From NCBI GenBank assembly GCA_965218695.1, contig OZ244651.1:192001-256000 (forward strand): a stretch of DNA of 64,000 nt, written 5' to 3'. Position numbers and translations under genes: made by a program. This DNA comes from Nitrosopumilus sp. Lineage in GTDB: Archaea > Thermoproteota > Nitrososphaeria > Nitrososphaerales > Nitrosopumilaceae. The notes under the pieces were generated by a model that made no database searches, was not told where the DNA came from, and was given only the letters and a program-made list of their open reading frames with translations. This document shows positions 41,901-52,029 of the stretch, piece by piece; position 1 is the stretch's first letter; each line of letters starts with the position of its first letter.

Positions 41901-42158
41901 CCTTGCATGAAATCTGCCCTGATTTTTACAGTCCGCCGGCACCTGTCGCCGGATGCGCAGATCGCATGCGTCCTGACCGACCCATGCATTCTGAAGCCTC
42001 ATTCCAGAAACCCCCATGCAAGCACTGCATGTCCGTAGCATGCCTGTCCGATTTGTGCCTGCGCCTTCAGGCATCATCATCATCCTAGGAGTATCGTGCG
42101 TGAGGGATCCCGTGCCAAACCATTAACTTTTTAAGAAAAATCATTTCCATAGATCTGT

Positions 42159-42332
42159 ATGGATCCTCCTGAAGCAGAAACGGTATATGGTCGTGTTGCA
42201 AAACTTGAAGACGAGGTCGCCCTTCTTAGAAGCGAGATCGATATCATAAAAAAGGCAATGAGAAGCAAGATTATACGCCATGAGATAGCGATGATCAAGA
42301 ACGGCGCAGATGTAAATTCTATAGTTGATTGA
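42159..42332 (+). CDS. 57-aa coiled-coil hypothetical protein (below the ORF-track length cutoff)
   Basis: MDPPEAETVYGRVAKLEDEVALLRSEIDIIKK...; TTTTAAG box upstream. Confidence 0.65.
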   Translation: MDPPEAETVYGRVAKLEDEVALLRSEIDIIKKAMRSKIIRHEIAMIKNGADVNSIVD

Positions 42333-43086
42333 TCCTTTGTTTTGTCTCGTTGATCAACTCTAGAACGAAATCCATATCATCTGCATCCGGACTGATCTCC
42401 AGATATCTTGCAAGATCCTCCAGTCCCTGTTCCGGATTTGACATCCTGCACTCCAGAATCCCCCTGTCCCTGATGTCCGGAGGGGACTCTGGCATGACGG
42501 CCAGGATCATGTTTGTGCACCTGAGCGCCCTGTCATAATCAAGCATCCTGGCATAGGAATCCCTTGCCTCGTGCATCATCTCCACAAGAATCCATCTCTG
42601 GTTCATCTGTCCGGAGGCCCCGTGCCGCATCCTGTCTTGTTGCTGCAGTAGCAGCCTGCCGCGGGCCGTATCAAGGATCATGCCGCCGCATTCCACCATG
42701 ACAGATTCTGCATTCCTGAAAATCACAGCGTCCAGTCCGACAAATCTTGCAACCTCTGCATACAGGACGGCCATGCACATGACAGTCCCCCTCCTCCTGT
42801 CAATCAGGTTGTTTAGGAACGTGCCGGATGCATCACCATCTGCATCAAAGCCCAGATTCCCAAAGAGATGCTCGTTTAGCATCCGGACCCTGTCTGCCGG
42901 ATCATTAATGGCTCCTGCCTGCTCCCTCAGGGACATCCCAATCCTGCCTACTCTTCGGACATATTCGTCCACATCAAGATCCGGATGCTCCAGAATCTGT
43001 GCCGTCTTTAGCGCCTTTTCAACCAGATTGAATCCGGGATTCTCCACAAACGAGAGCCATTCGGCTACAAGCGGATCAAACTTCAA
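42319..43086 (-). CDS. SirB1 / transglutaminase-like + TPR protein (start reassigned to TTG 43086)
   Basis: LNEHLFGNLGF, FLNNLIDRRRG, RDRG and C-terminal TPR; TTGA overlap with the upstream gene. Confidence 0.8.
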   Translation of the reverse strand: MKFDPLVAEWLSFVENPGFNLVEKALKTAQILEHPDLDVDEYVRRVGRIGMSLREQAGAINDPADRVRMLNEHLFGNLGFDADGDASGTFLNNLIDRRRGTVMCMAVLYAEVARFVGLDAVIFRNAESVMVECGGMILDTARGRLLLQQQDRMRHGASGQMNQRWILVEMMHEARDSYARMLDYDRALRCTNMILAVMPESPPDIRDRGILECRMSNPEQGLEDLARYLEISPDADDMDFVLELINETKQRINQL

Positions 43087-44300
43087 CTCTGCCGGCTCAT
43101 CTTTTTGACATACATCTGCGGATCCTTGAGCTCCCTTGTACTTGGAGGCACCTCGATTATCTTTTTGAATGCGCTCCTGCCAAGGCTCTCGTAGACTGTC
43201 CTGGTGAAATCCTTGCCCATACTCTTTCTGACCTGGTATGACGAAAAATCCGTCCCCATGAACGTGGCCAGGTAGTTTTGAAAGTCCTGATCGTCTCGCA
43301 GAATGTTCTCGATTGCAAATCCTGCCATCCCCTCCATTGCGGTAAATGCTGCATGGTGCTGCTGTATGGGAACAAGCCACCTCCTGTAGATGTCCAAGAG
43401 CTGAGGAACGGCTTGGCCGATCTGGGGATCTATCTCTACGTGCGTAAACGTCATGACGTCCGGCCCAATCTGCTCAATCAGAAAGTGATCCGGATTCAAA
43501 AAGAAGAACAGGTTGGCCCTCTTTGCAATTGGAAAGTCGTCTGGCACCGCCTGCAGCTGGCAGTACTCTGAGAGCCTGCTGACAGTATCGTCATCAAGTG
43601 ACAGTATTATGCCTGCAAGCTCCTCGTTGATTCTGTTGACCTCTGCTGCAGCACGCCTGTTTACCTGCTGCAGGTTCTCCTGCGCCGAGTGGATGATCTC
43701 CTCCAGGACTGTCATCTTTATGGCTCCCCTGTACCCTGAATTCACGTCTCCAAACTTTGACTCGTACGGTTCCCCCTGCTTGTGGAGGATTATCTGCGGA
43801 TACCTTGAGAGGATGAATCTGTTCAGGTATATCACGGAGTCCAGATAGTCGCCATACGTGGTGGTAATCTTTGATATGTACTGTATCGCATACGTCGAAT
43901 AAACAAAATACTTTGCCGTATCCTGCTGCATCAGTTCTGCTACCCTGCCGTGATCCTCCTTTGCAACCGCTGCAAAAAGATCCCTGACATACTCTGTTGC
44001 CCCCCTTTGTGCAAAGACCTTCCTGCCCTTGAGCATCTTCAGCTTGTCAAGCTCCGGAAACTCCAGCTGCAGTCCCTCCGGAATGCTGACTCCGAGGAAT
44101 TCCTCTGCCTTGCGTCTGTATGATGCAAGGGCCTCTGCTGCAACCTCGCTGATGTCCTGAAACCGCACCCTTTCACCGATATCCTCTGCGGCCATGGCAG
44201 CCATGCGTGTAATCTCCTTCTCCTCGTCGATCTCCACTGTCAGCTGGCCAAACAGGGCCTCGGCAAACTCCTCAAACTCACCCAATTCGAATAGGATCAA
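43083..44300 (-). CDS. Hypothetical protein, possibly zincin-like
   Basis: 405-aa ORF; LEEIIHSAQ and AMEGMA resemble zincin motifs. Confidence 0.75.
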   Translation of the reverse strand: MILFELGEFEEFAEALFGQLTVEIDEEKEITRMAAMAAEDIGERVRFQDISEVAAEALASYRRKAEEFLGVSIPEGLQLEFPELDKLKMLKGRKVFAQRGATEYVRDLFAAVAKEDHGRVAELMQQDTAKYFVYSTYAIQYISKITTTYGDYLDSVIYLNRFILSRYPQIILHKQGEPYESKFGDVNSGYRGAIKMTVLEEIIHSAQENLQQVNRRAAAEVNRINEELAGIILSLDDDTVSRLSEYCQLQAVPDDFPIAKRANLFFFLNPDHFLIEQIGPDVMTFTHVEIDPQIGQAVPQLLDIYRRWLVPIQQHHAAFTAMEGMAGFAIENILRDDQDFQNYLATFMGTDFSSYQVRKSMGKDFTRTVYESLGRSAFKKIIEVPPSTRELKDPQMYVKKMSRQS

Positions 44301-44475
44301 GGCACACTACATTTAACGCTATCCTGTCCCCTGGCATGTCAGATCCGCTGTCCGTGCCATCTCAGAGCCATGGCATTTGAGAATAAACGGGCGTACAACC
44401 ATGCAGTACATGGTGAATCTGGTCGTCGGCGCCAGATGGCCAATCCCGTACCTGCCGCCACGATGCAGGGGGGGG

Positions 44476-45624
44476 GGGGTTGTCGCATAAATCAGTCAAG
44501 CCATAACCTGCCTTGCTTTTAGGTTCCGTCTGGCATGTACTAGGAATTCATCGCGGCTTTTTTGGCGTCATGCGTAGGCTACCCTGACTCCCAGGTTCGT
44601 GGTATGCTCCAGCCTGTTGAGGACCTCGATGTTCCAGCCTATCGCCTTTAGCAGCCCGAACCTTCTCTGGTTAACGTCCTTGCGGAACCTGCAGTACAGC
44701 TGGTGGTGTTCTGTCTCCTCGGCTCCGAATATTCCCTCGATCATCCCGCGCTGCTTGTAGAGGATGGCATCGAACAGTTTGGCTGCCTTTTTCCGATGTT
44801 TTTTGCCCCTGCTCTTTGCGTTCTTTCTCTGCTTGATGTTGGGAACCATGCCAAGCGCAAAGACGGCCTCGCAGTTGCTGTCAGAGTCGTATCCCTTGTC
44901 GGCGTTGAACCTCCACCCGGCAAAGATTCCCTTCATTCCAGCAATGCGGTTCAGCATCGTCTTGAGCACGGCAGTGTCCGTCGTGCGGTTGGACGTGATC
45001 CTGCAGGACAGTATGATCTGCAGTCCGACTGCCGCCGTCACGTGCCACTTGACGTACCGTTTCACCCTTTTTGGGACGAATTCGTGCCTGATTTTGTCCG
45101 GCCAGTCGGCGGTTTCGTACCTGTCCGTCTCCACTCCGGTGCTGTCTGCGGCCAGTATCCCTTCTATCGTGTCGGCTGCATCCATGCATTGGCGCGCAGT
45201 CTCCCTCAGGATTCGCTCCAGCCACCGGATTGGAATCGTCTCCAAGAATCGCGCGATCGTTGAATGGTCCGGAACCGGCTCGTGCCACGGAAGGTACCAC
45301 CCGGGCACGCAGTTTTGCGCGTCCCTGGACGTGAGACCCTCGAAGATCATGATGGCGCATATGCAGGCCATCTTCTCTGCCGAGTGTATTCTGGGTCTTC
45401 CGCGTTTACAGTTGCCTTGTTTTGCCGGCAGTGGGTTCCTCCGGACCAAAGACACGATAGTTTTTATCCGAAAGTCACGCTCTGTAGTATGTGCCCTGTG
45501 ATAACTATTCCAGTAGTTAGTCCTTCTCTTGTGATTCATTGAAGGAGGGCACACTTTATGATCCTTACCGGTATGAGTCAATGGTACGCGATCATACGCT
45601 CAACGTGATTTATGCGACAACCCC
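44476..45624 (-). mobile_element. IS5-family element
   Basis: TIR GGGGTTGTCGCATAAATC; 9-bp TSD CGATGCAGG (44461-44469, 45625-45633); 6 extra G at the left junction. Confidence 0.9.
44568..45581 (-). CDS. IS5-family transposase (intact)
   Basis: PVPDHSTI, AADSTG, ADKGYD and YKQRGMIEGIFG. Confidence 0.92.
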   Translation of the reverse strand: MTHTGKDHKVCPPSMNHKRRTNYWNSYHRAHTTERDFRIKTIVSLVRRNPLPAKQGNCKRGRPRIHSAEKMACICAIMIFEGLTSRDAQNCVPGWYLPWHEPVPDHSTIARFLETIPIRWLERILRETARQCMDAADTIEGILAADSTGVETDRYETADWPDKIRHEFVPKRVKRYVKWHVTAAVGLQIILSCRITSNRTTDTAVLKTMLNRIAGMKGIFAGWRFNADKGYDSDSNCEAVFALGMVPNIKQRKNAKSRGKKHRKKAAKLFDAILYKQRGMIEGIFGAEETEHHQLYCRFRKDVNQRRFGLLKAIGWNIEVLNRLEHTTNLGVRVAYA

Positions 45625-45668
45625 CGATGCAGGACAACAATGAAATACCAATACTGTGTGATAATGGT

Positions 45669-45974
45669 ATGGTAACACAGATCGTAATCCCGATAATCGT
45701 GGTGGCGATCATCGGACTGTCAGGATATTTCATATACAAGTTTGTGATATTTGATTTCTACTGCAAGAGATCCGTAGCCCAGATGCTTCGCGCATACAAT
45801 ATCCAAAAGACCCCCTCCCAGATAATCCAGGAGTACTATGCCCTGAAGGGCGAATCGATCCCTGCAAAGGACGTCATGGAACTCGAACGCAACTATCGGC
45901 AGACAGAGCCCGAGCAGTTCCTTGAAATGTATGATGCGGTGCGGGAAAGCCACAAGCGAAACGGAATAGAGTAA
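45669..45974 (+). CDS. Small membrane-anchored hypothetical protein
   Basis: N-terminal TM helix starting MVTQIVIP; the upstream ORF extension begins in the IS end. Confidence 0.72.
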   Translation: MVTQIVIPIIVVAIIGLSGYFIYKFVIFDFYCKRSVAQMLRAYNIQKTPSQIIQEYYALKGESIPAKDVMELERNYRQTEPEQFLEMYDAVRESHKRNGIE

Positions 45975-46116
45975 CACCAGTCCTCATGGGAGCATATTGC
46001 TCGGGTGTGAGGCATGTAGGTACGTCCGTGCCTGTTGCAGGAAACCGCTTCTGATGTGGCATATTGGGGAATATGGAAATAATTGAAAATAAAAATGAAG
46101 GAATTGGCGGCCAGTT

Positions 46117-46980
46117 TCAAGGATTTGTTGGGATTGCGATGAATGGCGTTCCGCCTTCGCCCACGACGAGCGGCAGTTTGCCGTCCCATGCTTGCGTCTT
46201 CAACCATTCAAGGTAGTTCGGGTTCGCGGCCAGCGCGTCGTTGATGATGGATATGGCTTCTGCCTCTCCCTTGGCCTCTGCGATGTTCGCGTTTGCGAGT
46301 CCTATGGAGTTTGCCTCCCTCTGTTTTGCCTCGACTTCTATCCTGAGCAGGTCGTTTTCAGCCTTTAGTGCCTTTTGCTCCGCTTCCACCTTTGACTCGA
46401 TTGCCTGCGAGAATAATGATGAAAACTCAAAGTCGGTGATCGATATTACCTCTGTTACTATTCCAAACTGGTTCAGCCTCTCTCGGATGGATACTTCTAT
46501 ATCGGATTTGACCAGTGGACGTTTCGTAATCAGCTCTTCTGCGTTGTAGGTTGCCGTTACCTGCTTGACCGTCTCTTCTATTGCGGGCTGGATAACCCTG
46601 TTTTCATAGTCCAGTCCCAGATTCTGGTACAGGGTGTGTATTGCCTCCTTGTCCGGGTGGTAGTTTACAGTTACAGTAGTCTCTACTGTCTGCAGGTCCT
46701 TTGATGAGCCTCTGGTGTTCTTTTCATACTTTAACGTACGAACCTCGATGTTGATTACCTCGTCCTGAAATGGCACCACAAAATGCAGCCCCTCACCCAG
46801 CGGAGGCTTTGTCAAATCCACTGCGTTCCAATGTAAAAGGACGCCCCTGTGCCCTGCCTCTACAATCTTTACTGATGCAAATATTGCAAGGCCAACTACT
46901 ATGAGTGCTATGATGGCTATTGCAACTCCTTTTGCCGCATTCGCGTTTACGTTGGTTCCTGGTGATCTGTATCTTGACAA
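46117..46980 (-). CDS. Prohibitin / SPFH (band 7) family protein
   Basis: N-terminal TM helix, GHRGV, GLHFVVPF, SKDLQ, AIESKV and WDGKLP. Confidence 0.92.
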   Translation of the reverse strand: MSRYRSPGTNVNANAAKGVAIAIIALIVVGLAIFASVKIVEAGHRGVLLHWNAVDLTKPPLGEGLHFVVPFQDEVINIEVRTLKYEKNTRGSSKDLQTVETTVTVNYHPDKEAIHTLYQNLGLDYENRVIQPAIEETVKQVTATYNAEELITKRPLVKSDIEVSIRERLNQFGIVTEVISITDFEFSSLFSQAIESKVEAEQKALKAENDLLRIEVEAKQREANSIGLANANIAEAKGEAEAISIINDALAANPNYLEWLKTQAWDGKLPLVVGEGGTPFIAIPTNP

Positions 46981-47034
46981 TTGTACATGTATGATGCATC
47001 CTTCTATTATATTATCCTTGGTAATAGCCTGTTG

Positions 47035-48550
47035 AATACATGATAACCCTGCCCACCCACCATGTGTGACGGGCTGACCCCTGATTATGCATGGTCGTCA
47101 AGGCCTTCTTGTTGAATGGGGCTATCCGAGCTGCTGGGTTACTGGACTTCGAGTCCTGATAGATGCATGCAGCTTCCAGCCTGTCACACACGGAAAGGAG
47201 GTGAGAGAAATAGAAAAGAGTATTGGAATCGACATAGGAAAAAGGAAATGCGTGGCATGCGTGATGGAACACGACGGGGTGATCCTCGAAGAGTCATCGT
47301 ATGACAACACGGCCAAGGACGCGCTAGAGTTTGCCACGTCCGCAAAGGCCAGGTACGGCACATGCAGGGCAGTCTGCGAGTCCACCGGGAACCACTGGAT
47401 AAAGACTATCGATGCCTTTGAACACGTGGGAATCCCCATCGCCCTTGCAAACCCGTTCAAGATCAAGGCAATCGCGTCTGCCAGCATAAAAAACGACACC
47501 ATCGACGCAAGAACGCTTGCCCACCTGTTAAGATCCAACCTGATTCCCGCCTGCCATATTGGTTCGGCCGAATCTAGGGGGATAAAACAGATCCTCAGGT
47601 ACCAGATCCGCCTGGTGCAGGACAGGACGAGGGCGATAAATTTCGTGCACACGCTGACTGACAAGTATGACGTAAACCCGAAAGACGGCGGGAAAAACGT
47701 CTGGACCAAAAGGGTCCTGGCGTACCTTGAAGAAGCGGACGTGGAGAGTCCCCATGACAGGTTCGTCCTGGACCGCTGCATAGCCAAGATACGGCACTAC
47801 AATGACGAGATAAAAAAGACCGGGAACGAGATCAGGCGCTACGTCCGTGACGCCCACGGCCCAAAGATACTGATGAGCATTACCGGAATGGATGCGTTTT
47901 CTGCGGCGCTCCTGGCAGCAGAGATTGACACCATCGACAGGTTCGGGAACCCAAAAAAGTTCGTGTCCTGGGCGGGCATGTGCCCGACGCTCCACCAGTC
48001 AGGCGACACGTCATACCACGGCAGGATGAAAAAGGACTCGAACCGGAAGGTCAACTGGGTCATGGTCCAGTGCGCGCTGGTGGCAGTGAGACACGACCCG
48101 AGGATGAAGGAATACTACGTGCGCCTCATGAAGAGGCACAGGCACAACATCGCCATAACGCACGTCGCAAACAAGATGCTGACGATCATCTGGCACATGT
48201 TGACAGAAGACAACCTGTACGAGGACAGAAACGAAAAGCTGTACCGCGCCAAGATCAGACAAGTCATGAGGGCGTAATCCGGGAACCGGTGATGATAGGC
48301 GGTACCGGATCTAGCGGATGCTGTGCACGAATTATGGGAATAATGAAACATGCTTGCATGAATGCTGGGGGACGCCCCCCAGACCCCCCGGAAGGGATTA
48401 TGCATGTCACTCCGCGGGGCAACAAGCCACGTTTTCTGCGGATCTGGCAGGATTCTGCATGCAGGTAATGCTTAAGAAGACAAAAAACACACCCAAAATG
48501 ACAAGCTGGACGCAAAACCTGGATAAGTCCGGGGATGGGTTACATAGATG
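47035..48550 (+). mobile_element. IS110-family element, copy 3 (second variant)
   Basis: Ends AATACATGATAACCC ... GGGTTACATAGATG. Confidence 0.9.
47087..48277 (+). CDS. IS110-family DEDD recombinase (true start probably GTG near 47201)
   Basis: GIDIGK, CESTG, KNDTIDA and HQSG. Confidence 0.93.
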   Translation: MHGRQGLLVEWGYPSCWVTGLRVLIDACSFQPVTHGKEVREIEKSIGIDIGKRKCVACVMEHDGVILEESSYDNTAKDALEFATSAKARYGTCRAVCESTGNHWIKTIDAFEHVGIPIALANPFKIKAIASASIKNDTIDARTLAHLLRSNLIPACHIGSAESRGIKQILRYQIRLVQDRTRAINFVHTLTDKYDVNPKDGGKNVWTKRVLAYLEEADVESPHDRFVLDRCIAKIRHYNDEIKKTGNEIRRYVRDAHGPKILMSITGMDAFSAALLAAEIDTIDRFGNPKKFVSWAGMCPTLHQSGDTSYHGRMKKDSNRKVNWVMVQCALVAVRHDPRMKEYYVRLMKRHRHNIAITHVANKMLTIIWHMLTEDNLYEDRNEKLYRAKIRQVMRA

Positions 48551-48635
48551 CATAATTACGCCTAGCTGCAGTGAGTGATGTTGACTGTGTTCTAGACCGA
48601 AAAAGCTAAAGATCAGTGGATCCTAGAGTGTCGGA

Positions 48636-49610
48636 TTGAAGACGGACAACGAAAAATACATCAGGCGCGGCCAGGCATTAATTATTCGCGATGACCCGGA
48701 GAGATGCATCGAGGTCAAAAAGGCCAACCGTCACAAGGTCGGGGCTCCTTTCCAGTATGCAGACTCGTTCTTTGCCTCCCTGGCGGCAGTAAAATCGATG
48801 ATCCACATCCCCTACAGGAACCTGATGGGCATGGTCGTGGAGGTGCTCAGGGAGGAGCAAGTGCCCCACTATACCACCATCTTCAGAAGGATCCAGTCGC
48901 TGGATGTCCAGAGGAATGGCAGAATCATCACGGTCACCGGCAGCAAGGGCGCTGCAATCAGGCTTGCAGTGGATTCTACCGGCCTCAAGCAGCACAACAG
49001 GGGGGAGTGGATACGGCAAAAGTGGAAGGTAAGACGCGGATTTGTAAAGATGCACATTCTGGTTGACGTGGATACAAAAAAGATACTGGCAGTCCGTGTC
49101 ACCGATGATCGGACAGGGGATTCTCCCATGTTCGTTCCGCTGCTTGATGACGCTCTGGAGAACTGCGTGGGTCCGACATCAGAGTCCCGTCATGCTGGCA
49201 GTCCCGCAAAATGTTCTGCGTATGGCGATGGCGCTTACGCCTCTCGGGACAACCTAAAGGCATGCAGGGAGCGCAACGTGACCCCGCTCATCAAACTCAA
49301 GGTAAGCTCCACCCCGAAAGGAAAGGGCGCAGGCGACGTGTGGGGCATGGCAGTCCGGGACCAGTTTGGCGGCTCTGATCCCAATCGGGTGAAATGGCTG
49401 CCCGATGATGAAAAGAAAAGTAATCAGGAGGCGTGGAAGACTCGAGTCGGATACGGCAAAAGGTGGATTGTGGAGATTGTGTTTTCTGCATTCAAGAGAA
49501 TGTTCGGGGAACACCTGTACTCATTGAAATGGAAGAACATGATCCAGGAGGTCAATCTCAAGGTGGCCACCTACAACAAGCTGATAGACATGGGAGCAGG
49601 GGCAATGTAG
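48636..49610 (+). CDS. IS5-family (IS903-like) transposase
   Basis: PHYTTI, VDSTGLK, RRGFVKMH, GDGAYA and YGKRWIVEIVFSAFK. Confidence 0.92.
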   Translation: MKTDNEKYIRRGQALIIRDDPERCIEVKKANRHKVGAPFQYADSFFASLAAVKSMIHIPYRNLMGMVVEVLREEQVPHYTTIFRRIQSLDVQRNGRIITVTGSKGAAIRLAVDSTGLKQHNRGEWIRQKWKVRRGFVKMHILVDVDTKKILAVRVTDDRTGDSPMFVPLLDDALENCVGPTSESRHAGSPAKCSAYGDGAYASRDNLKACRERNVTPLIKLKVSSTPKGKGAGDVWGMAVRDQFGGSDPNRVKWLPDDEKKSNQEAWKTRVGYGKRWIVEIVFSAFKRMFGEHLYSLKWKNMIQEVNLKVATYNKLIDMGAGAM

Positions 49611-49661
49611 AGTCGGATAGGCGAATCCGGTACAAGTCTTGGGTGACTGAGTTGAATTATG

Positions 49662-51187
49662 CATCTATGTAACCCATCCCCGGACTTATCCAGGTTTTGC
49701 GTCCAGCTTGTCATTTTGGGTGTGTTTTTTGTCTTCTTAAGCGTTACCTGCATGCAGAATCCTGCCAGATCCGCAGAAAACGTGGCTTGTTGCCCCGCGG
49801 AGTGACATGCATAATCCCTTCCGGGGGGTCTGGGGGGCTGGCCCCCCAGCATTCATGTAGAAACATCCCACAATTCCCATAATTCGTGCACAGCATCCGC
49901 TAGGGCCGGCACTGCATTTACTGACACCACCGGTTCCGCGTCTACGCCTCCTTCATGACTTGTCTGATCTTGGCGCGGTACAGCTTTTCGTTTCTGTCCT
50001 CGTACAGGTTGTCTTCTGTCAACATGTGCCAGATGATCGTCAGCATCTTGTTTGCGACGTGCGTTATGGCGATGTTGTGCCTGTGCCTCTTCATGAGGCG
50101 CACGTAGTATTCCTTCATCCTCGGGTCGTGTCTCACTGCCACCAGCGCGCACTGGACCATGACCCAGTTGACCTTCCGGTTCGAGTCCTTTTTCATCCTG
50201 CCGTGGTATGACGTGTCGCCTGACTGGTGGAGCGTCGGGCACATGCCCGCCCAGGACACGAACTTTTTTGGGTTCCCGAACCTGTCGATGGTGTCAATCT
50301 CTGCTGCCAGGAGCGCCGCAGAAAACGCATCCATTCCGGTAATGCTCATCAGTATCTTTGGGCCGTGGGCGTCACGGACGTAGCGCCTGATCTCGTTCCC
50401 GGTCTTTTTTATCTCGTCATTGTAGTGCCGTATCTTGGCTATGCAGCGGTCCAGGACGAACCTGTCATGGGGACTCTCCACGTCCGCTTCTTCAAGGTAC
50501 GCCAGGACCCTTTTGGTCCAGACGTTTTTCCCGCCGTCTTTCGGGTTTACGTCATACTTGTCAGTCAGCGTGTGCACGAAATTTATCGCCCTCGTCCTGT
50601 CCTGCACCAGGCGGATCTGGTACCTGAGGATCTGTTTTATCCCCCTAGATTCGGCCGAACCAATATGGCAGGCGGGAATCAGGTTGGATCTTAACAGGTG
50701 GGCAAGCGTTCTTGCGTCGATGGTGTCGTTTTTTATGCTGGCAGACGCGATTGCCTTGATCTTGAACGGGTTTGCAAGGGCGATGGGGATTCCCACGTGT
50801 TCAAAGGCATCGATAGTCTTTATCCAGTGGTTCCCGGTGGACTCGCAGACTGCCCTGCATGTGCCGTACCTGGCCTTTGCGGACGTGGCAAACTCTAGCG
50901 CGTCCTTGGCCGTGTTGTCATACGATGACTCTTCGAGGATCACCCCGTCGTGTTCCATCACGCATGCCACGCATTTCCTTTTTCCTATGTCGATTCCAAT
51001 ACTCTTTTCTATTTCTCTCACCTCCTTTCCGTGTGTGACAGGCTGGAAGCTGCATGCATCTATCAGGACTCGAAGTCCAGTAACCCAGCAGCTCGGATAG
51101 CCCCATTCAACAAGAAGGCCTTGACGACCATGCATAATCAGGGGTCAGCCCGTCACACATGGTGGGTGGGCAGGGTTATCATGTATT
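49662..51187 (-). mobile_element. IS110-family element, copy 4 (inverted)
   Basis: Reverse complement of the copy 3 ends. Confidence 0.9.
49942..51135 (-). CDS. IS110-family DEDD recombinase
   Basis: Protein identical to 47087-48277 except the last residues. Confidence 0.93.
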   Translation of the reverse strand: MHGRQGLLVEWGYPSCWVTGLRVLIDACSFQPVTHGKEVREIEKSIGIDIGKRKCVACVMEHDGVILEESSYDNTAKDALEFATSAKARYGTCRAVCESTGNHWIKTIDAFEHVGIPIALANPFKIKAIASASIKNDTIDARTLAHLLRSNLIPACHIGSAESRGIKQILRYQIRLVQDRTRAINFVHTLTDKYDVNPKDGGKNVWTKRVLAYLEEADVESPHDRFVLDRCIAKIRHYNDEIKKTGNEIRRYVRDAHGPKILMSITGMDAFSAALLAAEIDTIDRFGNPKKFVSWAGMCPTLHQSGDTSYHGRMKKDSNRKVNWVMVQCALVAVRHDPRMKEYYVRLMKRHRHNIAITHVANKMLTIIWHMLTEDNLYEDRNEKLYRAKIRQVMKEA

Positions 51188-51432
51188 CAACAGGCTACTT
51201 GGTAACGGACGTGCAGTACGGACTCGCCCAATACATTTCTAGGGACGAATTTGCATGAATCATGCCTGTGTTTATAAGGGATCCGAGTGCGTACGGCGTG
51301 CATGCTCGCCGCCTCCAAAATCAGGCGTGTCCATTTGCATGATTCATGTCCATGCAGATCCCGTAGGCCGGATTTTGCAAATGTGGAGAACGCCCGGGCA
51401 TATCAACAGATTTATCTCATGACTGCATACGG

Positions 51433-51903
51433 TTGGTAATGGAGCACGACTTTATCTGGGCGTACATGCTCATATTTCTGGCAATCCCACTTGCAAGAAT
51501 CATTCCCAGACTGCTGTCCCGAAGAGCCCGGGGTGACCGATACCCGGACATTGGGCAGGAATCAAGCCCCAAGGCGTCCAAAGGGGAGCCGGAGCCGTCA
51601 AAGCATGAAGACATCTCAGGACATGAAGACCCATCAGGAAAAGATGCCGACAGGCACCAAAAGATACCAGAGCCATCCAAGCCGCAGACAAAAGAGATGG
51701 TCGTTCTTGGCGAGCTTCACAGGGGGGCCAGAACCTTTGAGAACATTCAAAAGAATACGGGCATGGACGGCGGCGTCCTTGAGAGGATCCTTGAGAAACT
51801 GGAGAAAGACGGCCTGCTAAAGGTGGTCCAAAGACAGCGCATGCTTGGTTCCAGAGTCGAACTGCACCCCACCGACAAGGGGTTCAGGGAGTACTACTCT
51901 TAG
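51433..51903 (+). CDS. Membrane-anchored winged-helix hypothetical protein
   Basis: N-terminal TM helix, disordered linker, C-terminal wHTH-like LEKLEKDGLL...TDKG. Confidence 0.75.
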   Translation: MVMEHDFIWAYMLIFLAIPLARIIPRLLSRRARGDRYPDIGQESSPKASKGEPEPSKHEDISGHEDPSGKDADRHQKIPEPSKPQTKEMVVLGELHRGARTFENIQKNTGMDGGVLERILEKLEKDGLLKVVQRQRMLGSRVELHPTDKGFREYYS

Positions 51904-52029
51904 TCGTGTGGCTCGTATCTGGTGACAAGGCCGCTGCATGCTCCTGTGTCCAACAAACATGATGCAATGCCTGAAGAGATTGACTGGGGCGTGGAAAACA
52001 CCATGCGCATTCCTCTGCATTATTTTATA

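Larger units (their letters stand above)
47025..51197 (+). mobile_element. IS5-family element with an IS110 inserted in each TIR (IS110> IS5 <IS110)
   Basis: Reconstructed TIRs TAGCCTGTTG|CATAATT and AATTATG|CAACAGGCTA; 8-bp TSD CTTGGTAA (47017-47024, 51198-51205). Confidence 0.9.

Noticed and set aside
41703-42150. Integrated element at tRNA-Ser
   Set aside because: No integrase and no duplicated tRNA 3' end were seen.
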